From contig CAZMZE010000063.1 in assembly GCA_964570875.1 (NCBI GenBank), positions 9,445 to 73,444 on the forward strand: a stretch of DNA of 64,000 nt. The letters run 5' to 3'. The position numbers were made by a program, and so were the translations under genes. Source of the stretch: an uncultured Dehalococcoidia bacterium. GTDB taxonomy: Bacteria > Chloroflexota > Dehalococcoidia > Lucifugimonadales > CATQGZ01. Shown one piece after another: positions 30,229 through 39,973 of this stretch (its first letter is position 1; each line of letters opens with the position of its first letter). A model generated the notes under the pieces. That model made no database searches, was not told the DNA's origin, and saw nothing but the letters and a program-made list of their open reading frames with translations.

Positions 30229-31512
30229 TTAGGCCGCTTGAGTTATTTTTTTATGGATAGTAGGCAAAAGTAACACGACTATTAACATTGTAGTAAGGCC
30301 TAGAATTGAATTGAATCTAATTGCGAATAGGGAGTCTGTAGAGGTAGCAATCGCACCGATCATCAATGACCCTAGTGGACCTGAACCTATTGCTAATGTA
30401 ATGACCCCTAGGGTTTTGCCACGCATTTCTTCTGTTGAAACCAACATGACAATTGTTGACTGCATGGTTGAGAAACCACCAATGCCAATTCCCAAAATTA
30501 TCAGAATTGGTAATGATGTTATATACCATGGGGATAATGAGAACCAAAAAAGAGCAAATAATGCTAGCGCCGAACCTCCGACAAATATCCTGCCGTGGTA
30601 TTGAAGCCGATGAAAAGAAGCAACCAAGATACCTCCTGACAGCGCTCCTAATCCTTCAGCTGACATTAAAAGTCCCATTAAACCTGGACCTACTCCGAGT
30701 TCATCACGTGCAATTACCGGGATCATTTGACCGTAAGGGAAAAGAAGGAAATTCATTATGATTGTAATCAATATTACCGCCAGGATTACTGTGTTTCTTT
30801 GAGCGTATCTCAAGGTTTTGGCAAGCTCGCCCAAAATTCCGGTGTCGGTGGTAGCTGAGATTATTTTTTTATGCTTCAGGATAGATGGATCAGTGTTTAT
30901 ATTTAGTATTACTAAGACGACTACAGCAGTTAATTGAGCAATGCTGGCGAAAATATATCCACCTGTTAGGCTGACCAGAGCTATCAACCCACCGGCTACT
31001 GCTGGCCCAGCCATACGGCTCATTTGCATTCCTACGCTATCCAGAGCAACTCCGTTAGTCACCCATCTTCTTCCAACGAGGTCAAGAATGAGTGATCTCC
31101 TAGCTGGATTGTCGATGGCCCACCCGGCTCCAATGACTGCGGAAATTATGTAAGCATGCCAGAACTGTTGTTTTTCAAAAACCAGAAGGAATCCCATTGT
31201 CAGGGTGGCAACCAAAGTAATAGTTTGTGTGGAAACCAATAATTTAGCTCTGTCCAATTTATCTGCAAGCATTCCTCCGATAAGTCCAAGGATTATTAAT
31301 GGGGCGCTTGCGAAGAAACCTGTCAGAGCTACCAACCATGGAGAATCAGTGAGCTCTAATACCATCCAACCTAGCATTGTCATTTGCATCCATCGAGAGG
31401 TATATGCTAGGAAATTACCAGTCCATAGGAGCCTGTATGGTTGGATTTGGAATGCGTGAAAAGTGTTTTGCCATCCAAGTTCGGTTGAATGGGTTTTGTT
31501 TTCGGATTTCAT
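30229..31512 (-). CDS. MFS transporter, EntS-like (MFS_3 type)
   Basis: YRLLWTGNFLAYTSRWMQMTMLGWMV pattern, 12 TM segments. Confidence 0.8.
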   Translation of the reverse strand: MKSENKTHSTELGWQNTFHAFQIQPYRLLWTGNFLAYTSRWMQMTMLGWMVLELTDSPWLVALTGFFASAPLIILGLIGGMLADKLDRAKLLVSTQTITLVATLTMGFLLVFEKQQFWHAYIISAVIGAGWAIDNPARRSLILDLVGRRWVTNGVALDSVGMQMSRMAGPAVAGGLIALVSLTGGYIFASIAQLTAVVVLVILNINTDPSILKHKKIISATTDTGILGELAKTLRYAQRNTVILAVILITIIMNFLLFPYGQMIPVIARDELGVGPGLMGLLMSAEGLGALSGGILVASFHRLQYHGRIFVGGSALALFALFWFSLSPWYITSLPILIILGIGIGGFSTMQSTIVMLVSTEEMRGKTLGVITLAIGSGPLGSLMIGAIATSTDSLFAIRFNSILGLTTMLIVVLLLPTIHKKITQAA

Positions 31513-31637
31513 GACCTAGGTAATTCTCGCATTCTTACTATAATTTCCTCAGTTATACAAATACTTATGATATCCGATTAACTGCAAACTTCTATGCTAC
31601 TATACTGGTCAGTCATACGGTATTGAAGGAGCACTAG

Positions 31638-32198
31638 ATGATTGATGTATATGAAGTCATGAAGACAATTTTGCCTTATAGAAATGATGATCTGGTTGTC
31701 CCTACCGAAATGGCTGTGAGTGCGTGGGCTGATGTTACTGAAAATCCAGAGTTGGACGTACCTAATCCAGCTATGGGAAAGGGATCATCAATTGGGCTAG
31801 GTTTGGCACTCGCTTGTCCTGACAGGAGAGTTATTGTTTGGGATGGTGACGGTGGTCTTCTTATGAATTTGGGTAGTCTAATCACGATAGCTGATCAGGC
31901 TCCTAAGAATCTCTATCACATTGTTTTGGATAACGAAATGTATGCAACTACTGGAGGTCAGCCTGTTCCTAATGCAGGTGAATTCAGTTTCGCAAGGATT
32001 GCTATGGAATGCGGATATCCAAAGGTTTATGAATTTACGGATATTGATTCCTGGTGTACTCAAATGAGCAACATATTGTTTGAAGATGGCCCAGTGATGG
32101 TAGTATTCAAATCTTTGCCATTGATGCCAGACTGGTCAAAATCGCGAAGACGAGAGATAAAATCCAGCGCTTGGCTTGCACATAATTCAATAGATTAA
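31638..32198 (+). CDS. TPP-binding (beta) subunit of a sulfopyruvate/phosphonopyruvate-decarboxylase-like enzyme
   Basis: WDGDGGLLMNLGSLITIADQAPKNLYHIVLDNEMYATTGGQ (the GDG-X24-27-N ThDP motif), about 185 aa, GAAGGAG RBS. Confidence 0.75.
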   Translation: MIDVYEVMKTILPYRNDDLVVPTEMAVSAWADVTENPELDVPNPAMGKGSSIGLGLALACPDRRVIVWDGDGGLLMNLGSLITIADQAPKNLYHIVLDNEMYATTGGQPVPNAGEFSFARIAMECGYPKVYEFTDIDSWCTQMSNILFEDGPVMVVFKSLPLMPDWSKSRRREIKSSAWLAHNSID

Positions 32199-32320
32199 TC
32201 AACTTATCCGAGAATGACATGCCTGTAATGCTAGAAAGATTTTATTTCAGTTAACTGGATTGATTTGAGGCTCTTTGTGTACTATTCAATCTTTAATTTC
32301 AAGGGCATGGAGTAATATCA

Positions 32321-34183
32321 GTGTTTGTAGTTGGTACAGCAGGTCATGTAGATCATGGTAAATCAACTCTGCTAGAGGCCATTACAGGTATAGACCCCGA
32401 CCGTCTTAAAGTGGAGAAAGAGCGTGGGATGACGGTTGATCTAGGATTCGCCTGGCTTAAACTCCCAGATGGTAACGTGGTTAGCGTCGTAGATGTTCCT
32501 GGTCATGAGAAATTTGTCAATAATATGCTGGCAGGTGTGGGTGGGGTCGACCTTGCTTTAATTATCGTTGCAGCCGATGAATCAGTGATGCCGCAAACTC
32601 GTGAACATCTTGCTATTTTGGACATTCTCCAAGTTACAAAAGGCATAGTTGTTATAACCAAAAGTGATCTGGTTGAACCGGACTGGATTGATCTAGTAAA
32701 AACAGATGTCGAAGATTTAACTCATGGTACTGTTCTGCAGGGTGCTCCAATATGTACAGTTTCTGCGTTGACTGGGGATGGCCTGAATGAATTGATTGAT
32801 CAGATATGGATGATTCTCAAAAACACTCCAGAAAAAAGAGATGTTGGGCGCGGGAGATTACCAATAGATCGTTCTTTTACGATGTCCGGATTCGGGACAG
32901 TGGTCACTGGAACTTTGCTGGATGGGTATTTAGAAACAGGTGATGAAGCGGAGCTTGTATTGGCAGGCAAGTCAACCCGTATCAGAAATTTGCAGACTCA
33001 TAGGCAAAACCTGGAAATAGCATCTCCCGGTACCAGAGTTGCAGCAAACTTAGCAGGATTGTCTCAGAAAGACATAGTCAGGGGAGATGTTTTGGCTAGA
33101 CCCGGTTGGATGACACCAACTATGGCAATCGATGTCAGACTCAAAATCCTAGCTGATATTTCGAAGCCCTTGAAACATAATATGTTTGTGACTGTTCATA
33201 CTGGAAGTAACGAAACAATAGCTAAACTGAGGCTATTGGAGGCTAACAGACAGGCAGATCCAGGTACTATATGTTGGGCTCAGCTTAAACTTGAATCACC
33301 GATAGCAGTTGTAAAAGGCGATTATTTCGTAATCAGATCTAACCAGTCGACTCTAGGCGGAGGTAATGTTGTCGAAATTGATGTTAAGCGCCATCGACGT
33401 GGGCATGCCCAAACATTAGACAGACTTTCAATGATGGAACAGGGTTCAGAAAGAAACCTGATATTGGCAACTATTCAAACCGATGAGCCCACTGAATTCA
33501 GGAATATAGTGAACAAAGCTAACTTGAGTGTAGAACAGGCTAAACACGAACTTGACCAAATGGCTGTTGACCAACAAGTGGTGTTGGTCAACGATACTTT
33601 AATGGATGGATCACTGATCTATACTGCTGATGGATGGGCTGAAGTTCTTGATAATACAGTTAGTTACTTAAACATGTATCACAAAGAACATCCTCTACGT
33701 AGGGGCGCTCCTAAGGAAGAGCTTAGAAGTAGGCTAGGAATGCCGATATCGTTATTCACAAACGTTTTGAAGAAATTGTGTGATTCACATATAGTTTCCG
33801 ACCAAGGCTCTTTAACTATGAAATTTGGATATCAACCTGAGTTGAGCGAAGTTGAGAAATCAGCCGGAAATGCATATGTTGAAGCTCTGGAAAACACACC
33901 ATATTCACCCCCAACAGACCATCCCATCGAGCCAGATTTGCTAGGAGTACTGATATTTGAAGGAAAAGTCGTTAAGGTGAGTGACAACATTGTTTTTGCC
34001 TCATCTGCGTTCATGGACATGACTGATAAGATAAAGTTATGGCTAGAAGAAAATGGTGAAATCACAGTAGCTGATGTAAGAGATATGTTTGGGACTAGTC
34101 GTAAATATGCTCTTGCTTTAATGGATTACCTAGACCAGGAACATGTTACCCGCAGGATAGGGGATTCTAGGGTGCTACGTTAA
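32321..34183 (+). CDS. selB: selenocysteine-specific translation elongation factor SelB
   Basis: GTPase motifs GHVDHGKS, DVPGHEKF, TKSD. 620 aa with a long C-terminal winged-helix extension ending ...TSRKYALALMDYLDQEHVTRR. Confidence 0.9.
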   Translation: MFVVGTAGHVDHGKSTLLEAITGIDPDRLKVEKERGMTVDLGFAWLKLPDGNVVSVVDVPGHEKFVNNMLAGVGGVDLALIIVAADESVMPQTREHLAILDILQVTKGIVVITKSDLVEPDWIDLVKTDVEDLTHGTVLQGAPICTVSALTGDGLNELIDQIWMILKNTPEKRDVGRGRLPIDRSFTMSGFGTVVTGTLLDGYLETGDEAELVLAGKSTRIRNLQTHRQNLEIASPGTRVAANLAGLSQKDIVRGDVLARPGWMTPTMAIDVRLKILADISKPLKHNMFVTVHTGSNETIAKLRLLEANRQADPGTICWAQLKLESPIAVVKGDYFVIRSNQSTLGGGNVVEIDVKRHRRGHAQTLDRLSMMEQGSERNLILATIQTDEPTEFRNIVNKANLSVEQAKHELDQMAVDQQVVLVNDTLMDGSLIYTADGWAEVLDNTVSYLNMYHKEHPLRRGAPKEELRSRLGMPISLFTNVLKKLCDSHIVSDQGSLTMKFGYQPELSEVEKSAGNAYVEALENTPYSPPTDHPIEPDLLGVLIFEGKVVKVSDNIVFASSAFMDMTDKIKLWLEENGEITVADVRDMFGTSRKYALALMDYLDQEHVTRRIGDSRVLR

Positions 34184-34208
34184 AAAATTTGATGGAAGGA
34201 GGTTGATA

Positions 34209-34700
34209 ATGACAAGAGATAAAGATTTTCAGCCTTTTGAAATCGAATTACAACCTGGGTATTTATCAGTATCAAATTTCTCTTCTCTATTACGAGTATT
34301 TCAAGTGACCATGCGGGAGGTTAGTCGTAATGTTGATGGGTTGTCTACAATCATATCCGACCATCAGAATCCCGTGCTCCGCGTAGAAGCTGACCAAACT
34401 GGTCGCTTATTGACATTAAAATTCTGTTTTTTTGATGGTGAGCGGTCAACATATCTCAGCGCATTATCACATCAGGCCTTCCAGTTGTTCTTTGATGAAT
34501 TTGGTGAATACATAAAAAAATTACCGCAACGTGGCTTGTGGGGTGAATCTGTTGCTGGTCCTCAAGGAATCAGTGACGAATCTGAAGTAGTAAAAAGGCT
34601 CGATCAACTTCGTGTTGAGTTAAGGAGATTAGGTAAGGCACAATTGCGCTATCAAAACAGAAGAATCTTTTTTGAAGGCGATCGAATGGAGTTAGTGTAA
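34209..34700 (+). CDS. hypothetical protein (partner of the NurA-like gene)
   Basis: ATG at 34209 lies 6 nt after GGAAGGAGG. No motif recognised. Its stop is 1 nt before the next gene's start. Confidence 0.6.
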   Translation: MTRDKDFQPFEIELQPGYLSVSNFSSLLRVFQVTMREVSRNVDGLSTIISDHQNPVLRVEADQTGRLLTLKFCFFDGERSTYLSALSHQAFQLFFDEFGEYIKKLPQRGLWGESVAGPQGISDESEVVKRLDQLRVELRRLGKAQLRYQNRRIFFEGDRMELV

Positions 34701-34701
34701 G

Positions 34702-35916
34702 TTGGCCCTAGATCTGGGTGATACGTCCCTGCAAATAGAACGGATGATTTCCGAATTAAAATCTCGTGCAAAAGATCGCATGGACAGGTTAGAAATAACC
34801 CTCAAAGAAATGTACTCCTTTGATGTAGATTTTTATCAAAAAAAATTTAATTTAAGCAAGGATACTTTCCAATGGACGGTGCCCATGTTGAAAGATAGTC
34901 CTTCATCCGTGTTTTCAGTAACGAAAACGCCTGAAGAGTATCGTGTTTTGGCTACCGATGGCTCCGACATTGAGACGGATAGACATATTCCAGCTAGATG
35001 CTATTTGATAAATATAGGCTTAGCGTCAATTACCTACGGGATTCAGTCCAATGCTGTGTTGGAAAATAAGGCTAGCCTATATGCTGCCGATGAAGACCTT
35101 GTAGTAAAAGATCCGAGCTCACCTTTTCGGCAGGTTTATGTGGAAGGCGCTATTCTTGCCGCTAAAAGGATGGTAGAAGAAGCTAGGACGCTTGCAGAGC
35201 TGTCGAGACAACAGGTCACAGATCTACCTACTTTAGCAATCATGGATGGTTCTTTGAGTATGATCTCATTGGCTAATTATGGCTATGATGATTTCGTCAG
35301 ACGGGAGTTTTTGACTAAAGGATTGCTTGAGGCGCTTAGTACATTAAAAGAGCTGTCAGATAAAAGGCAGTTTGCGGTTGCGAGTTATATTAGTTTACCT
35401 GGTAGTTCAGAAGTTACAAATGCATTCAGGATTATTGGTTGTAGTTACGATGTGTCTGAATGCGATAGATATTGCTCTGAAGTGATCCCTGGAGAGAGAC
35501 CTTGTGACAAATTTGCCTCTGGATTTACCGATCGAGAACTTTTTTGGAATACCCTGAAACCCGGTGAAAGATCCGGGTTGTTTGCTAGTACTTCAGCGTT
35601 AATTCAGAATTTTTATCAAGGAAATGAGATATATTTCTTTTACCTGAATACAGGCGAAGAGATTGGGCGTGTTGAAATACCCATTTGGATTGCCGAGGAT
35701 GAATTAAAATTGGAACTTGTTCATTCACTTATTCTCGATCAATGTAAGCTAGGCTCGGGATATCCTGTTGTGTTGAGGGAGGCACATGAGCTAGCAGTAA
35801 TAACTGCATCCGACCGCCGATTTTTTGAAGATGAAGTCTGGTCATCGCTGGATAGGAATGAATTGCCTGCATACACTTCTGAGAAGAGTCGGTCTAAACG
35901 TATGCGTTGGCTTTAA
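34702..35916 (+). CDS. NurA-domain 5'-3' nuclease-like protein
   Basis: NurA pattern: VLATDGSDIE, LAIMDGSL, and C-terminal GSGYPVVLREAHELAVI. TTG start, somewhat uncertain. Confidence 0.7.
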   Translation: MALDLGDTSLQIERMISELKSRAKDRMDRLEITLKEMYSFDVDFYQKKFNLSKDTFQWTVPMLKDSPSSVFSVTKTPEEYRVLATDGSDIETDRHIPARCYLINIGLASITYGIQSNAVLENKASLYAADEDLVVKDPSSPFRQVYVEGAILAAKRMVEEARTLAELSRQQVTDLPTLAIMDGSLSMISLANYGYDDFVRREFLTKGLLEALSTLKELSDKRQFAVASYISLPGSSEVTNAFRIIGCSYDVSECDRYCSEVIPGERPCDKFASGFTDRELFWNTLKPGERSGLFASTSALIQNFYQGNEIYFFYLNTGEEIGRVEIPIWIAEDELKLELVHSLILDQCKLGSGYPVVLREAHELAVITASDRRFFEDEVWSSLDRNELPAYTSEKSRSKRMRWL

Positions 35917-36000
35917 TAGTATGCCTGATATTTAGTTGTACTTTTACTTGCAATGAATTGAGTCATTTTGATGTCGCTCAGCCAATATTCATCAATATCC

Positions 36001-36029
36001 TTGTGAGTCAGCGACAGGATTCGTATAAT
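36001..36029 (+). promoter_or_regulatory. candidate sigma70-type promoter with a long leader before the DUF1800 gene
   Basis: TTGTGA (36001-36006), 17-nt spacer, TATAAT (36024-36029). The start codon is about 135 nt downstream. Confidence 0.45.
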
Positions 36030-36165
36030 GCACCATCATTGTTAATATCGGTCGACAGTAAATCTTATATGGATTGAACCATGTTGAGTCACAATAAATT
36101 GTTCTCCATATGGGTTTCCCCACAATGTATACGCACTTAGTTTAATCCGATGGGGGGGTATTTTG

Positions 36166-37563
36166 ATGGAGGGTGAAAAGGCTCTTCTGGCCCATCTTTA
36201 CAGACGTGCTGGATTTGGATCAACCATTGCCGAACTGAATTTTGGTGCTCAAAAAGGATACGAATCTGTAGTTGATGATCTTTTGAACCCAGAGAGATTT
36301 CCAGAAGTCGATGATGATCTTTTAGGGAGATATAATCTGGGCTTGTTGATGGATAGTTCCATATCAGGTGAATCGGAAAGATGGATCTATCGCATGGTTA
36401 ACACCAAGAGACCCTTGCAGGAAAAAATCGCGTTGTTTTGGCATCATGTTTTTGCAACCGCTTGGTATAAGACAGAGCAGAATCCAGATATCGTCAGGCA
36501 AATTTGCATGTTCCGTGAATCAGGACTTATGAGCTTTAAATCAATACTGCTGAAATTGTCCAGAGATCCTGCGATGCTGGATTGGTTAGATAATCAAGAA
36601 AACCACAAAGGAGAACCAAACGAGAATTATGCTCGTGAACTTCTAGAATTGTTTTCTATGGGGGTGGGAAATTATTCAGAATCCGATATAAAGAGTGCTG
36701 CGCTGGCTTTTTCTGGGTGGTCTTTTATCCAACCCATTCCAGGCTACCCTTATGGACAATATCCGTCTGAATTTGTTTATTTAGATGATGATCACGATCG
36801 GTCGGAAAAGACTTTCCTGGGGAAGGTTGGGAAATTTGATGGAGAGGATATAATTGACATTATTGTGAAACAACCGGCTACAGCAAGATTCATTTCAAGA
36901 CACCTATACAACTTTTTCGTAGCCGATGAATCACCAGTTCCCACATGGGGACACATTGGTCCTTCCAACCCTCGGGCAATTGATGAACTTTCGCATGCTT
37001 ATTTTGAACACAACGGGGATATTCGATCGATTCTTAGAGTTCTGTTCAACTCTGATTTCTTTAAAAATTCTTTGTTTAAGAGAGTTAAATGTCCAGCCGA
37101 ACTGGTAGCAGGTACTATAAAATTAGCTGGTACGCACAATTTCCCCGTTCCATCTCTATCTAAACTCCCACAAGTTCTTACAATGATGGGTCAGGAATTA
37201 CTTAATCCCCCTACGGTAGAGGGATGGCACACCGGGAGAGAATGGATAGATGGCGGAACATTGACAGAAAGGATCGATTTTTCCATAGGGGAGATAGCTG
37301 ATGTGTCAAACCCTGGGATTATAGAAATCACCAGTGTTTTAAATAAAGAACTGAAATCTTGGACAAGTGAAGATTTAGTAGATTCATGCTTGGATAAGGT
37401 TGGGTCTATGGAAGTTTCCGGCCAAACTCGGTCAGCATTAGTAAGGCACGTTAATCGAACTTGGCCGGGAAAAGATGGGATTCATCGAGGGCGGATAACC
37501 GAACTCATGGTAGTAGAGTTATTGAAATTAATAGTGTCTAGCAGGGAATACCAATTTGCATAG
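36166..37563 (+). CDS. DUF1800 family protein
   Basis: HLYRRAGFG N-terminal motif and family-like length. G-run SD 7 nt before the ATG at 36166. Confidence 0.7.
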   Translation: MEGEKALLAHLYRRAGFGSTIAELNFGAQKGYESVVDDLLNPERFPEVDDDLLGRYNLGLLMDSSISGESERWIYRMVNTKRPLQEKIALFWHHVFATAWYKTEQNPDIVRQICMFRESGLMSFKSILLKLSRDPAMLDWLDNQENHKGEPNENYARELLELFSMGVGNYSESDIKSAALAFSGWSFIQPIPGYPYGQYPSEFVYLDDDHDRSEKTFLGKVGKFDGEDIIDIIVKQPATARFISRHLYNFFVADESPVPTWGHIGPSNPRAIDELSHAYFEHNGDIRSILRVLFNSDFFKNSLFKRVKCPAELVAGTIKLAGTHNFPVPSLSKLPQVLTMMGQELLNPPTVEGWHTGREWIDGGTLTERIDFSIGEIADVSNPGIIEITSVLNKELKSWTSEDLVDSCLDKVGSMEVSGQTRSALVRHVNRTWPGKDGIHRGRITELMVVELLKLIVSSREYQFA

Positions 37564-38599
37564 AAATAAGCGTGTTGAGTCTTGTATTGAGAGTAACCCT
37601 CCATATGCCCTTTTGAGGGCTGGTTTCCCTTATATTAAAACTATAGGAATGATTCGCACCACTCCTTCACCAGTAGATATAGCAGTATTGGACAAAAACA
37701 ATTTGTTTGTTTTGTGTCGGGGTAGAGGAGTAATACTCAATAGTGTAGATGATGACTATCCTCTTAGACGAAGCCCTATCGGAGGGAATGGAGACGGAGA
37801 CGGGCAGTTCGTTTGGCCTACAACGGTCATTTTGGATCAGGATCAGAACCTTTATGTTTCTGATGAAGCATTAAACCGAGTCACTATCTTTGATCGAGAA
37901 GGCAATTTCAAGTCGAAATGGGGTTCAAAGGGAGATCAGGAAGGAAAATTCAACAGATTGTCTGGTATTGCTTTTGACGACGACGAAAATATCTATACAT
38001 CTGATTCACTCAACCATCGTGTACAGAAAATCACTAAAAACGGGGAATTTATAGCTAAATGGGGCGGATTCGGTTCTAAGCCAGGGCAATTCAATATGCC
38101 TTGGGGGATTCACGTTGATTACTGGGGGTATGTTTATGTGGCCGATTGGCGAAATAGCAGGATACAGAAATTCTCAGGATCAGGGGAATTTGTATTTGAA
38201 TTGACAGGTTCTCCTAATGATAAGTTCAATAGGCCTTCTGGAGTAGCGGTAGATAGGCATGGGGATATATATGTTGCAGACCGTGAGAATCACTGCATTA
38301 AACTTTTTGATAAAGAGGGCAGGTACGTTGAGAAATTTGTAGGAGACGCAACGATCTCAAAATCTGGACGTACGTATTTGATGAGTAATCCTGGTCCCTT
38401 ACGTCAGAGAGAATCCACGGAACTTGAAATTCAAAAACGTTTCAGGGGGCCCGTATCAGTACGGATTGATGATAACTACAATATGTATGTGCCTGACTAC
38501 GGATCCTCAAGGGTGCAGATTTATAAAAAAGAAGCATATCCGCTTGGCCCAGATCAAATAGCCCCGACTCAAAGATCCCCTAGGCTATACACTATGTGA
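37556..38599 (+). CDS. NHL-repeat six-bladed beta-propeller protein
   Basis: Repeated blocks of the form G.G.GQF..P.GI.vD..g.iYVaD..N.RIQkF. The start is uncertain (TTG 37556 overlaps the upstream gene by 8 nt; an alternative ATG is at 37649). Confidence 0.75.
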   Translation: MHRNKRVESCIESNPPYALLRAGFPYIKTIGMIRTTPSPVDIAVLDKNNLFVLCRGRGVILNSVDDDYPLRRSPIGGNGDGDGQFVWPTTVILDQDQNLYVSDEALNRVTIFDREGNFKSKWGSKGDQEGKFNRLSGIAFDDDENIYTSDSLNHRVQKITKNGEFIAKWGGFGSKPGQFNMPWGIHVDYWGYVYVADWRNSRIQKFSGSGEFVFELTGSPNDKFNRPSGVAVDRHGDIYVADRENHCIKLFDKEGRYVEKFVGDATISKSGRTYLMSNPGPLRQRESTELEIQKRFRGPVSVRIDDNYNMYVPDYGSSRVQIYKKEAYPLGPDQIAPTQRSPRLYTM

Positions 38600-39809
38600 C
38601 TAGCGTGTTGTCAACAACCTGTTCCATCACCCTAAGTACGTTTAGCCCTAGGATTTTTTGAATATCCGTATCTGAATACCCTCTGTTGATCATTTCTTCA
38701 GTAAGAAACGGTACCCTTGTGCAATCTTCCATGCCGGTTGGTGTTCGTGATCCGTCAAAATCAGAACCAATCCCTACATGATCGATACCTGCTACGCGGA
38801 CCATGTGATCTATGTGGTCAACTATTTCTGTGTACACTGGCTTTCTAAGGAGTGGAGCTGAACGTTTGGCATGTTCTTTTTTTATCAATTCTAGAGCGCT
38901 GGAATTTTCTGGTTCAGATGCATTGAGTTTTGATATTTCCGAGTCTCTCCACCTATCTACTTCACGAGTTTCTTGATTGCATTTTTGAGATATGAAAGTT
39001 ACCTCGAAATTCACACATGCTACCCCATTATTTTGAGAAACTGCTTTCAATTGGTCATCGTCAATGTTACGCGGGTTTTGACATATTGACCACGATGAAG
39101 AGTGCGATGCCATGACGGGCTTACTAGTAGTTTCCATAACATCCCAGAATGTCTTGCGTGCAACATGGGAGATATCAACTATTATTCCCAGAGAGTTCAT
39201 TTCCTGCACAACTTCACGTCCAAAATCTGTCAGGCCGTTGTGTCTCTTGGTTGTCTTAATCCATCCTTGGTTCAGGAATTGTTCCTTTAGAATGGACCAG
39301 TCTGTTGGAGCTTCAGAGCCAGATTCGTCTTGGATACCGTCTGCCCAATTATTGCTCATATTGTGTGTTAGTGTCATATATCTGACTCCTCTTTTTTGGA
39401 AAAGTCTCAATATGTCAAGATCGTCTGTCATAGCGTGCCCACCTTCTACGCAGAGGATTCCTGCAATTTTGCCAGATTCTGTGATTTTTCGAACGTCATC
39501 AGCTGTCCTAGCCTGCTCGATTTGGTTAGGGTAATTAATGCATAGTGTATCGAAAGCGTCGAAGTAGTCAGTGATCCGTTCCATGGACTGTTCTACTCCG
39601 AAGCCAGCAGGGTCAACGTACGCTGCAAAGAATTGAGCTCTTTGATTGCCTGCTAACATTCTTGGGATATCCATGTGCCCTCTGCCTGTGTCTGTGCCGA
39701 GATCTTCTTCATGGTCAACAGTTCGGGCTAGGCTGTCTGAATGTGTGTCAAAAACCAACGATGAAAAATGTAATTTGGATGCTTTTGCACTAAGCATTTT
39801 CCCCTCCAA
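38592..39809 (-). CDS. membrane dipeptidase (peptidase M19)
   Basis: VFDTHSD, MTLTHN, DISHV and ASHSS motifs. The 3' end overlaps the convergent NHL gene by 8 nt. Confidence 0.88.
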   Translation of the reverse strand: MEGKMLSAKASKLHFSSLVFDTHSDSLARTVDHEEDLGTDTGRGHMDIPRMLAGNQRAQFFAAYVDPAGFGVEQSMERITDYFDAFDTLCINYPNQIEQARTADDVRKITESGKIAGILCVEGGHAMTDDLDILRLFQKRGVRYMTLTHNMSNNWADGIQDESGSEAPTDWSILKEQFLNQGWIKTTKRHNGLTDFGREVVQEMNSLGIIVDISHVARKTFWDVMETTSKPVMASHSSSWSICQNPRNIDDDQLKAVSQNNGVACVNFEVTFISQKCNQETREVDRWRDSEISKLNASEPENSSALELIKKEHAKRSAPLLRKPVYTEIVDHIDHMVRVAGIDHVGIGSDFDGSRTPTGMEDCTRVPFLTEEMINRGYSDTDIQKILGLNVLRVMEQVVDNTLVT

Positions 39810-39973
39810 TCGGTAATATTCGAAATTTTAATGATGCTTATTCTATCAGCAATGGATCATACAAAATCTAGTGGATATCTGGGAAGTAGCTGAACTATCT
39901 GATATTCTTAATGATACAGCCCCCCTTTTTACTGAAGCGGATACTGTGTAGATTGAGAGAGAGGACCTACCTT

